Origin: Candidatus Saccharimonadota bacterium
GTDB lineage: Bacteria; Patescibacteriota; Patescibacteriia; 2-12-FULL-60-25
DNA: 32,000 bases
Assembly (NCBI GenBank): GCA_022843095.1
Contig: JALHOH010000001.1
Coordinates: 510,001-542,000 of the forward strand
Direction of reading: 5' to 3'
Numbering within the stretch: position 1 is the stretch's first letter; each line of letters begins with the position of its first letter. A program made the position numbers and the translations under genes. This document shows, one piece after another, positions 23,961 through 31,741 of the stretch. The notes beneath the pieces were generated by a model that saw only the letters and a program-made list of their open reading frames with translations, made no database searches and had not been told where the DNA came from.

Positions 23961-24001
23961 TACGCCTGCAATCAAACCGGATACCCTTTGCCACATCATG
24001 T

Positions 24002-25273
24002 ATGCGCTATTCCCAGTTGTTTGGTAAAACGCTTAAATCCGCGCCCGCAGAAGCGGAATCCGCGAATGCGAAGTATTTGATCCAAGGCGGATTTGTCGAT
24101 CAGGAAATGGCAGGGGTGTACACCTGGCTCCCGCTTGGATTGCGGGTCCTTCGCAAGGTCGAGCAGATTGTCCGGGAAGAGATGGATGCATTGGGAGCGC
24201 AAGAGATTTTTATGCCCTCACTCCAGCCGAAGGAATACTGGGTGACGACAAATCGGTGGGAGGGTGTGGATATTTTGTTTAAGCTCAACTCGCAGACCGG
24301 CAAGGAATACGCGCTTGGCTGTACGCATGAAGAGGTGGTGACGCCACTCGCGCAAAAATTTACCAAGTCGTACAAGGAATTGCCGTTTGCCGTGTACCAG
24401 ATCAACACTAAATTCCGTGATGAATTGCGTGCCAAATCCGGTGTTTTGCGTGGACGCGAGTTCCGGATGAAGGACATGTACAGTTTTCACACGAATCAGG
24501 AGGACCTGACAGCGTTCTACAACCGTGCGTTGGAGGCGTATGTCAAGGCGTATACGCGCTGTGGGTTGCAGGTAAAAGTGGTGCAAGCATCCGGTGGTAT
24601 TTTCACGCAAAACGTGTCACACGAGTTTCAGGCGTTGACCGATGCGGGCGAGGATATTTTGATCGCCTGTCCGAATTGTGAGTTTGGACAAAACAGCGAA
24701 GTCGCAACGTTGAAGGTGGGGGAGGCCTGTCCAAAGTGCCAAGGGACGCTGGCACAGATGAAGGGTGTCGAAGTGGGAAATATCTTTGATCTTGGGACAA
24801 AGTACACGGATGCGTTCGATTTTACGTTCACGGCAGAGGATGGGACGCAAAAGCGTGTGTTGATGGGGTGCTACGGGATCGGGACAACGCGGTTGGTTGG
24901 TTCGATTGTGGAGACGCATCATGACGAACGTGGGATTGTGTGGCCAAAGTCCGTCGCGCCGTTCCAAGTGCATCTGGTGTCGCTTCGATCCAAAGACGCG
25001 GCCGTGCAAGCAACGATCGATCAGACGGCGTCGGACGTATATGACGGGTTGATGCGCGCAGGTATCGAGGTGGTCTGGGATGATCGCGCGGATCTTTCGC
25101 CGGGACAAAAGTTTGCAGACGCCGATTTGTTGGGGATGCCGCTTCGGTTGGTGGTATCAGAAAAGACGTTGGCAGAAAACGCCGTGGAATGGAAAGCGCG
25201 TACAAGTGCCGAGGCACGTCGTGTCCCGATTGCGGAGATCATTGAGGAGGTGGGGACGTTTGTGCGCGAATAA
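24002..25273 (+). CDS. proS: Prolyl-tRNA synthetase, short form lacking the INS editing domain
   Basis: MRYSQLFGKTLKSAP...YLIQGGF is a bacterial ProRS N-terminus. Class II motifs FRDELRAKSGVLRGREFRMKD and GCYGIGTTRL. Only ~40 aa lie between motifs 2 and 3, including CPNC-x17-CPKC. Confidence 0.9.
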   Translation: MRYSQLFGKTLKSAPAEAESANAKYLIQGGFVDQEMAGVYTWLPLGLRVLRKVEQIVREEMDALGAQEIFMPSLQPKEYWVTTNRWEGVDILFKLNSQTGKEYALGCTHEEVVTPLAQKFTKSYKELPFAVYQINTKFRDELRAKSGVLRGREFRMKDMYSFHTNQEDLTAFYNRALEAYVKAYTRCGLQVKVVQASGGIFTQNVSHEFQALTDAGEDILIACPNCEFGQNSEVATLKVGEACPKCQGTLAQMKGVEVGNIFDLGTKYTDAFDFTFTAEDGTQKRVLMGCYGIGTTRLVGSIVETHHDERGIVWPKSVAPFQVHLVSLRSKDAAVQATIDQTASDVYDGLMRAGIEVVWDDRADLSPGQKFADADLLGMPLRLVVSEKTLAENAVEWKARTSAEARRVPIAEIIEEVGTFVRE

Positions 25274-25318
25274 CAAAACACGGGCATGTGGCGTAAAGGC
25301 CATGGCCCGTGTTTTTTT
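25274..25318. terminator. Bidirectional intrinsic terminator between proS and the HU gene
   Basis: ACACGGGC...GCCCGTGT stem with an inner CATG/CATG extension, followed by T7. Confidence 0.8.
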
Positions 25319-25326
25319 GTTGTCCG

Positions 25327-25662
25327 TTACGCGGCAGCGGGCTCAGGAGTAGCTGAGGCCTGCGTGCCAGATGCGACGACGTGCGAATGTTTTAAGGCTT
25401 TTTTCAGATTTGATCCCGGTTTGAATTTTGCCACCGTCACGGCATCGATTTGAATAGCCTCGTCAGGCTTTTGTGGATTGACGCCCACGCGTGGTTTGCG
25501 CGTTTTTGCCAGGAAGGCGCCGAATCCAGCGATGTTCACCTCACCACCGCGCTGGAGTTCTGCGGTGACGAGTTCGGTGAAGGTTTCGATCATGTGCTCT
25601 GCCTGTCGGCGGTTGACGCCCGTGGTTTCAGCGATGCGATTGGCGAGTTCAGCTTTGTTCAT
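25327..25662 (-). CDS. hup: HU/IHF-family DNA-binding protein with a short C-terminal tail
   Basis: MNKAELANRIAETTGVNRRQAEHMIETF...GFGAF..K.R..R.GVNPQ is the classic HU pattern. TATCTT lies 6 nt upstream of the ATG. Confidence 0.9.
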   Translation of the reverse strand: MNKAELANRIAETTGVNRRQAEHMIETFTELVTAELQRGGEVNIAGFGAFLAKTRKPRVGVNPQKPDEAIQIDAVTVAKFKPGSNLKKALKHSHVVASGTQASATPEPAAA

Positions 25663-25723
25663 AGCGGTAAGATAAGGACGTGCCAGAGCCTATCATTTTT
25701 TTCGGCTCGTCACAAAACAGGGA

Positions 25724-27256
25724 TTAGCGAGCGTACTCGACGACGCGCGTTTCTCGGATCAACGTGACGCGAATTTCTCCCGGGTGCTTGAGCTCCGCTT
25801 CGATCTTCGCGGCGATTTCTCGCGCGAGCTGCATGGACCCATAATCATCCAACACCTTTGGATTCACGAAGACGCGGATTTCGCGACCAGCTTGGATGGC
25901 ATACACCTTTTCGACGCCGGCAAACGAGGTCGCTACACGTTCCAGTTCTTCCAGACGTTTGACGTAGTATTCGAGACTGTCTTTGCGCGCGCCAGGACGT
26001 GCACCGGAGATCGCATCCGCCGCCTTCACGATCACGGCTTCAAGGGTTTTTGGCTTGTCTTCATGGTGCCCGATCGATTGGTAGCAGATTTCCTCCGGGA
26101 ACCCGAATTTCTTCATGATTTGATACCCAAGCTCCGGATGGCTGCCTTGCATGTCATGGTCAACCGCCTTCCCAATATCGTGGAACAAACCGCCTTTTTT
26201 GCACACCATCAGATCGGCACCCAATTCTTCGCCCATGACGGTCGAGAGTTTTGCGACTTCCATCGAATGGAGCAGCGCGTTTTGACCGTAACTTGTGCGG
26301 TACTTCAGACGGCCAAGAATTTGGATCAGCTTTGGATCGATGCCGGCCGTCGAGATCCCGAGTTCATACAACGCGTCTTCACCTGCTTTTTTCATATCGA
26401 GCGCCAGTTCCTTTTTGGCTTCCTCAACGCATTCTTCGATACGACCCGGATGGATGCGTCCATCGGCGAGGAGTTTGGAGAGGGCGCGTTTTGCCACTTG
26501 GCGACGAATCGGGGAGAACCCGGACACGGTCACGATCCCCGGCGTTTCATCCACGATCAATTCGCATCCTGTGAGGAGTTCGATCGCTTTGATGTTGCGA
26601 CCTTCTTTTCCGATAATGCGACCCTTCATCTCTTCGCTTGGAAGCTCGATCCACGTCGTCGTTGTTTCTGCGACATGCGAGGATGCCTGACGCTGAATGG
26701 CGACGGCGAGTACGTTTTTGGCACGACGATCGATTTCTTCCGCGGATTGCTCATCCAGCTTGCGGATGCGCGAAGCAAGCGCGTCGGCGTGCTGCTCTTC
26801 GGTCAACGTCATCAATTTTTGCAACGCCTGATCACGGGTCAGCGAGGCGATTTGTTCCAAGTTCTTTGCCTGTTCCGCCTTCAGTGCCTCAATCGAGGCT
26901 TTTAACGCCTCCGCCTCTTCAAGGGTCTTTGTTGTTTTTTCTTTTGCCGCGTCAATCTCGAGGAGTTTTTTGCCGAACTCGCGTTCACGTTCTGCGAGCG
27001 CCATTTGTTCGCGTTTCAGCTCTTCCAAGGATTTCTTTTCTTCTAAGCGTGCATCTTCCAGAATTTTAATCGCTTTTTCTTTTGCTTTTTGGAGGACGTC
27101 CGTTTGCTTTTCTTCAGCCTGTTTCAAAATCTCCTGCGCTTTCGCTTCGGCGCTTCCGACCATCGCTTTGCCTTTTTTATCGCGAAGATAATAGCCTGCG
27201 GCGGCGCCACCCCCTGCGCCAACCAGCGCAAGCAGGGCTCCGGTAAGAGGTTCCAT
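25724..27256 (-). CDS. rny: Ribonuclease Y
   Basis: N-terminal TM, long coiled coil, KH domain (GRIIGKEGRNIKAIE), HD domain (LLHSMEVA...LFHDIGK). Confidence 0.92.
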   Translation of the reverse strand: MEPLTGALLALVGAGGGAAAGYYLRDKKGKAMVGSAEAKAQEILKQAEEKQTDVLQKAKEKAIKILEDARLEEKKSLEELKREQMALAEREREFGKKLLEIDAAKEKTTKTLEEAEALKASIEALKAEQAKNLEQIASLTRDQALQKLMTLTEEQHADALASRIRKLDEQSAEEIDRRAKNVLAVAIQRQASSHVAETTTTWIELPSEEMKGRIIGKEGRNIKAIELLTGCELIVDETPGIVTVSGFSPIRRQVAKRALSKLLADGRIHPGRIEECVEEAKKELALDMKKAGEDALYELGISTAGIDPKLIQILGRLKYRTSYGQNALLHSMEVAKLSTVMGEELGADLMVCKKGGLFHDIGKAVDHDMQGSHPELGYQIMKKFGFPEEICYQSIGHHEDKPKTLEAVIVKAADAISGARPGARKDSLEYYVKRLEELERVATSFAGVEKVYAIQAGREIRVFVNPKVLDDYGSMQLAREIAAKIEAELKHPGEIRVTLIRETRVVEYAR

Positions 27257-27313
27257 ACGAAAAATGAAGTAAGGGGAAAAATAATCCAGTTCCAGCCAAA
27301 TTGTGTGATCGTC

Positions 27314-28003
27314 TCACGAAGGAAGCGTATCAGACGGCCGGCGATCCGTGAACGGGGGAAGCGGAAGAGCTTCTTCGATGCGGTAGGGACCGATGCGCGT
27401 CCGACGGAGCGCGGTCAAATACCCGCCGACGCCAAGGACGCGTCCCAGGTCATCTGCAAGCGAACGAATGTAGGTTCCGGACGAGCACGCGACGCGTAGT
27501 TCGAGTTCTGGGTACTGATAGCGAAGAACCTCAAGTATTGGGATGTCCACCTGTTTCTTGGGTCGCAGATCCTCTGTCGCGATCCCGGCACGGGCAAGAT
27601 CATACAGTTTTTTCCCACCCACCTTTTTTGCGGAAAAGAGGGGCGCATATTGCTCGTACCCGCCACGGAATTGGGCAAGCGCGTGTTCAAGCGCTTCGGC
27701 GGAAGGCGGAAGTGGCGGAGGGGTGGTTTCTTGCACGATCCCTTCCACATCGTAGGTATTGGTCGTGGCACCAAGGCGCACGGTAGCAAGATATTCTTTG
27801 TCCAATCCGACGAGACCGGTGAGTTTCTTCGTTCCGGGGCCGATTCCAATCAAAAGAAGGCCCGTTGCAAACGGATCCAGCGTCCCTCCGTGTCCGACGC
27901 GGCGGGTTTTATACTGCCGACGAAGGACGTCCACCACGTCATGAGAGGTCATGCCAGCGGGTTTATCGATCAGGAGAAGTTCAGGCGTTGTTGCGTCGTT
28001 CAT
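27314..28003 (-). CDS. truB: tRNA pseudouridine(55) synthase TruB (short; no obvious PUA domain)
   Basis: LLIDKPAGMTSHDVV, RVGHGGTLDPFATGLL (catalytic Asp). The ATG at 28003 is preferred over the TTG at 28015. Confidence 0.88.
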   Translation of the reverse strand: MNDATTPELLLIDKPAGMTSHDVVDVLRRQYKTRRVGHGGTLDPFATGLLLIGIGPGTKKLTGLVGLDKEYLATVRLGATTNTYDVEGIVQETTPPPLPPSAEALEHALAQFRGGYEQYAPLFSAKKVGGKKLYDLARAGIATEDLRPKKQVDIPILEVLRYQYPELELRVACSSGTYIRSLADDLGRVLGVGGYLTALRRTRIGPYRIEEALPLPPFTDRRPSDTLPS

Positions 28004-28011
28004 GCTAGGAT
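28003..28011 (+). promoter_or_regulatory. Extended -10 box TGCTAGGAT, 8 nt upstream of the ATG at 28020
   Basis: TGn+TAGGAT, then tcaaccat (8 nt), then ATG. It overlaps the divergent truB start codon. Confidence 0.45.
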
Positions 28012-28019
28012 TCAACCAT

Positions 28020-28193
28020 ATGACGCAATTTTCGCCTAACGCGGATCGTCTGCTTCAGATCATGGATGACGCGCATGATGACCTTCGTGCTGCGATCGAC
28101 GCGTACAAACTTGCAGAAGAAGCGGATCAAGAAGCGCACGCCGCTGATCGTGTCCGCTCAAAAATCGGCCTCAAAAATCCCTTTTCTAACTAA
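28020..28193 (+). CDS. Small acidic helical protein (57 aa), function unknown
   Basis: MTQFSPNADRLLQIMDDAHDDLRAAIDAYKLAEEADQEAH... The start is supported by the promoter geometry. The stop lies 2 nt before the next gene. Confidence 0.5.
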   Translation: MTQFSPNADRLLQIMDDAHDDLRAAIDAYKLAEEADQEAHAADRVRSKIGLKNPFSN

Positions 28194-28195
28194 AT

Positions 28196-28927
28196 ATGCC
28201 GCGATCGTTTGAACGTGCGCCTGCACCAAAGTCCGTACAAAAAAAGGAAGAAATTCCGTACTTGGATGATGCCGACGTCGAGCTGATCGAAGAATCAAAG
28301 ACACCGGTACACGACAAAGAAATGAGCGTCCGTGTGCGTGCGGAGGACTGGGACGAAGAGGCGCGTGCGCCAAAACGAGAAGATTCGGAACAGGTCGAAA
28401 CAAAAGAAGCGATGATGGAGTTGGTACAAAAGGTGCGTGAAGAAATGAAGTCTTGGAGTCCAGAAAAGGTGGCGGCGTATTTGAAGGAGGTGGGGGGACG
28501 TATGAGTGCCCTTTGGGAAGTCATGTCGGAATTTCGAGTATACGAATTCAGAAAAAGTGAGCTTGAGGCGAATATTGGTCGTGATCCTATAGAGTTACGA
28601 CAATTTGATCATCTTTCTGTTATTCCTATTGGTGGTGGAGAAGGTGCGTATCGTGGAGGGGATCACATCGTGCGTGTAACGAAGCCACCACTCTATGCAG
28701 AATTAATTCTAGACAGTATTCAATATCTTCATGATGTTACAGCACTTCTTCCACTTAAGGCCTGGAGAGCGTTAGAGGAAAAGGTAGAGGGCACAGGTGA
28801 GGGTCAAATCGGTAAGGTGGTGGATAGAGTGCAGACAAAGACTGACGCGTTAGCAGAAAAGATGACGAAGGAGGTAAAAAACGCGTTGTATCAAGCCAGA
28901 AAACGTCGTGATCAACCAAGTAAGTAA
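28196..28927 (+). CDS. Hypothetical protein (243 aa): acidic N-terminal half, lower-GC C-terminal half
   Basis: It is the only long ORF here and is tightly coupled to the upstream small ORF. No recognisable motifs. Composition shifts near 28530. Confidence 0.6.
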   Translation: MPRSFERAPAPKSVQKKEEIPYLDDADVELIEESKTPVHDKEMSVRVRAEDWDEEARAPKREDSEQVETKEAMMELVQKVREEMKSWSPEKVAAYLKEVGGRMSALWEVMSEFRVYEFRKSELEANIGRDPIELRQFDHLSVIPIGGGEGAYRGGDHIVRVTKPPLYAELILDSIQYLHDVTALLPLKAWRALEEKVEGTGEGQIGKVVDRVQTKTDALAEKMTKEVKNALYQARKRRDQPSK

Positions 28928-28963
28928 GGGTGATTGATTATTGAATTCTGTTCATATTTTCGC

Positions 28964-28992
28964 TTGACTCCGCCCGTTTTTCGGCCTAGGAT
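28964..28992 (+). promoter_or_regulatory. infB promoter TTGACT-17 nt-TAGGAT ending 6 nt before the ATG
   Basis: -35 at 28964-28969, -10 at 28987-28992, ATG at 28999. No room for an SD. Confidence 0.6.
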
Positions 28993-28998
28993 GCGGCC

Positions 28999-31008
28999 AT
29001 GAACGTTTCCGAACTCGCCCGTCGTCTGCGCGTCACCCCGAACGAGCTCCTCGCAAAATTGCCGGAGCTCGGTTTCGATATCGGGTTGCGCGCCATCAAG
29101 GTGGATGATCGCGTCGCTGATCAGATCTACCGCAAGTGGTTGGAGAATATGCGCACCGAACGGTTGCGCCAGCAGTATGTCCGCAAGCCAACGGATGGCG
29201 TTGCGGCAGGCCCGGTGAAAGAAGTGACCTTGCCCGCGGTGTTGTCCGTCCGAGATTTTGCCGGGAAATTAGGGGCGCCGGTTACGCGTGTGATTCAGGA
29301 GCTGATGCGTGCTGGGATTTTGGCATCGCAGAACGAGCGCATCGACTTCATGACGGCGGCGATCATCGCGGAAGAATTTGGATTCAAGGCGACGCAGGAA
29401 GTCACGGACACGAAAAAGGAATCGGAAGAGACGCTTCTTGCGACCGACCGTATCAAGACGATTCAGGAATCGGAAAAAACGGAAAACCTGAAAGATCGTC
29501 CACCGGTTGTGGTTGTGATGGGACACGTGGACCACGGAAAAACGAGTTTGTTGGACGCGATCCGCAAAACCAACGTGGCAGCCCGCGAATCTGGAGGGAT
29601 CACGCAGCACATCGGGGCGTATCAGGTGGAAAAGAAAGATCGTCGATTGACATTCATCGACACGCCGGGTCACGAGGCGTTTACGGTGATGCGTTCGCGT
29701 GGGGCAAAGGTCGCCGACATCGCGATTTTGGTCGTCGCGGCCGATGACGGTGTACAGCCGCAGACAAAAGAGGCGTATCACATCATCCAGGCGGCAAAAT
29801 TGCCGTTCGTGGTGGCGATGAACAAGATCGATAAGCCGGATGCCGACCCGAACCGCGTGATGGGGCAATTGGCGGAAATGGGGGTCACGGTTGAAGAATG
29901 GGGCGGCAAAGTGCCGATGGCGCGCGTCTCCGCGAAAAAGGGCGATGGGATCGATGATCTTCTGGATGTGATTTTGCTGGTCGCGGACATCGAAAAAGAC
30001 CGCATCATGGCCAACCCCGATCGGTTTGCGGCGGGGACGGTGATCGAATCCAAGGTCGACAAGGGCGAAGGGCATGTGGCGACGGTGCTGGTACAGACCG
30101 GAACGCTTCGCCGGAATGATTGGTTGGCGGTTGGAAATGCCGCGTACGGTCGTGTGCGTTTGATGCGCGATTGGACCGGAAAGGCGTTGGAAGTGGCGCC
30201 GCCAGGCACGCCAGTGAAGATTCTTGGATTCAAGGTCGCGCCAGCCGTTGGAGATATCGTGGAAGTGCCGGAAGATGTGAAGGCGCTTGAACAAAAGAAA
30301 TCTTGGAATACGCGTCAGTCGACCGAGAAACTTACGGCGACGCAGGCGCAACCGGTAGAAGGGGATGCATCGCAAGAAAAGAAAACGTTGCATGTCGTGC
30401 TCAAGACTGACGTGTTGGGTTCGTTGGAAGCGATTTTGGGGATGTTAGAAAAGATCCAGCACGAACTGGTCGCAGTGAAGGTGATCCAAAAAGGGTTGGG
30501 GAACGTGACCGATGCGGACATCGAACGCGCGGCAACTAACCAGCCGTCCGTCGTGTACGGGTTTAACGTGTTGCTTCCGGCGACGATCGAAGCGCTTGCG
30601 CGTGACAAGGGGGTCGAAACCAAGCTCGCAAAGGTGATTTACGATCTCTTTGATGACGTCGTGGCCAAATTGAACGCCCTGCTTCCGCAAGAGGTGATCG
30701 TGACGGAAATTGGTCAGGCCGAAGTCGCCGCCATTTTCCGCACGGAAACGGGATCGATCATTCTTGGGGCAAAGGTGAAGGAAGGAAAGATCACTCCTGG
30801 GGCAAAAGCACGTGTCTGGCGCGGGGAAACACCGCTTGGCACCGGGATCATCGAAACGGTGCAAATCGGGAAATCCGTCGTCAAAGAGGTGGCCGGCGGA
30901 CAGGAATGTGGGATGCACTTCAAGGGAAAGGTGAAGCTGCAGCCTGGCGATCGTCTGGAAGCGTACACCGAAGAATCAAAGGCACGAAAAATCGAAAACT
31001 TCCGGTAA
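28999..31008 (+). CDS. infB: Translation initiation factor IF-2
   Basis: IF2_N-like start MNVSELARRLRVTPNELLAKLPELG. G domain VVVMGHVDHGKTSLLD, DTPGHEAF, NKID. C-terminal domains are intact. Confidence 0.95.
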   Translation: MNVSELARRLRVTPNELLAKLPELGFDIGLRAIKVDDRVADQIYRKWLENMRTERLRQQYVRKPTDGVAAGPVKEVTLPAVLSVRDFAGKLGAPVTRVIQELMRAGILASQNERIDFMTAAIIAEEFGFKATQEVTDTKKESEETLLATDRIKTIQESEKTENLKDRPPVVVVMGHVDHGKTSLLDAIRKTNVAARESGGITQHIGAYQVEKKDRRLTFIDTPGHEAFTVMRSRGAKVADIAILVVAADDGVQPQTKEAYHIIQAAKLPFVVAMNKIDKPDADPNRVMGQLAEMGVTVEEWGGKVPMARVSAKKGDGIDDLLDVILLVADIEKDRIMANPDRFAAGTVIESKVDKGEGHVATVLVQTGTLRRNDWLAVGNAAYGRVRLMRDWTGKALEVAPPGTPVKILGFKVAPAVGDIVEVPEDVKALEQKKSWNTRQSTEKLTATQAQPVEGDASQEKKTLHVVLKTDVLGSLEAILGMLEKIQHELVAVKVIQKGLGNVTDADIERAATNQPSVVYGFNVLLPATIEALARDKGVETKLAKVIYDLFDDVVAKLNALLPQEVIVTEIGQAEVAAIFRTETGSIILGAKVKEGKITPGAKARVWRGETPLGTGIIETVQIGKSVVKEVAGGQECGMHFKGKVKLQPGDRLEAYTEESKARKIENFR

Positions 31009-31013
31009 CAAAG

Positions 31014-31045
31014 AAACCCCTCTGCCGTGTGCAGAGGGGTTTGTT
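31014..31045. terminator. Bidirectional intrinsic terminator after infB
   Basis: AAACCCCTCTGC-cgtgt-GCAGAGGGGTTTGTT. Confidence 0.8.
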
Positions 31046-31262
31046 AGTAGCGGTTTGGATCTTTCGCAAGCCGTTCTGCCATGCGTTCCCAGTCGCGTTC
31101 GCACTGGCGTTCGTATTCTTGCCAGGCGATGGACCACCGGATCCTCTCCCGCCAGTACCACGCCCGCACCTCCGGGATGCGGTGGAGCTGGAACAGGGGG
31201 GTGAACAGGCCGCACACGAGGAGTGCGTGCAAAAACATCCAGCCGATAAAAAGAGCCACCAC
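31044..31262 (-). CDS. Small Trp/Arg-rich membrane protein (72 aa), function unknown
   Basis: GTG start preceded by AAAGGAGAG with 8-nt spacing. TM LFIGWMFLHALLVCGLFTPLF. The tail is RAWYWRERIRWSIAWQEYERQCERDWERM. It ends at the terminator. Confidence 0.5.
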   Translation of the reverse strand: MVALFIGWMFLHALLVCGLFTPLFQLHRIPEVRAWYWRERIRWSIAWQEYERQCERDWERMAERLAKDPNRY

Positions 31263-31350
31263 CTTCGTCTCTCCTTTTCCGCAGGGAATTGCGGGCTCCT
31301 AGCGTGGCAGATTTTCTTTTCCTTGTCGATGGTGGCTTTTTTTGCCCTGG

Positions 31351-31378
31351 TTGCGATGATTGTTCCGAGTGCTAAGAT
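31351..31378 (+). promoter_or_regulatory. trxA promoter TTGCGA-16 nt-(TGc)TAAGAT
   Basis: -35 at 31351-31356, extended -10 TGCTAAGAT at 31370-31378. The trxA ATG is 33 nt downstream of the -10 box. Confidence 0.5.
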
Positions 31379-31411
31379 GGGTTGGGGGTACCATTCTTTA
31401 CTGTTTGTGAT

Positions 31412-31735
31412 ATGGCACATGTTTTTACGGAAGCAAATTTTGACCAAGAAGTGTTGCAATCGAACGCACCGGTGTTGGTGGATTTTTGGGCGGAATGGTG
31501 CGGTCCATGCCGGATGATGGCGCCTGTAATCGATGAGCTTTCCCAGGAGATCCCAGAACAGAAGCTCAAGATTGGAAAATTGAACGTCGACCAAGCGGGG
31601 AGTTTGGCGATGAAATACAATGTCATGTCTATTCCCACCTTTTTGGTGTTTCAGGGAGGGCAGGTGGTGGATACGATCGTTGGAGGGATGCCGAAAGAGG
31701 CGTTTGTCCAAAAACTGCAACGGTATTTGGCGTAA
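31412..31735 (+). CDS. trxA: Thioredoxin
   Basis: MAHVFTEANFDQEVLQSNAPVLVDFWAEWCGPCRMMAP, with the WCGPC active site. Confidence 0.93.
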   Translation: MAHVFTEANFDQEVLQSNAPVLVDFWAEWCGPCRMMAPVIDELSQEIPEQKLKIGKLNVDQAGSLAMKYNVMSIPTFLVFQGGQVVDTIVGGMPKEAFVQKLQRYLA

Positions 31736-31741
31736 TCGTGT

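Noticed and set aside
23591-24001. The spacer could be a T-box riboswitch, SRP RNA, tmRNA or RNase P RNA.
   Set aside because: By eye I found no AGGGTGGNACCGCG T-box core. I found no GGAAGCAGCC SRP helix-8 motif; only a loose GTCAGGACC resemblance at 23866. There is no tRNA-like TTCGA arm or CCA end for tmRNA, and no GAGGAAAGTCCGG/ACAGAA RNase P motifs on either strand. This is not decisive without covariance models, so the region is kept as an open finding.
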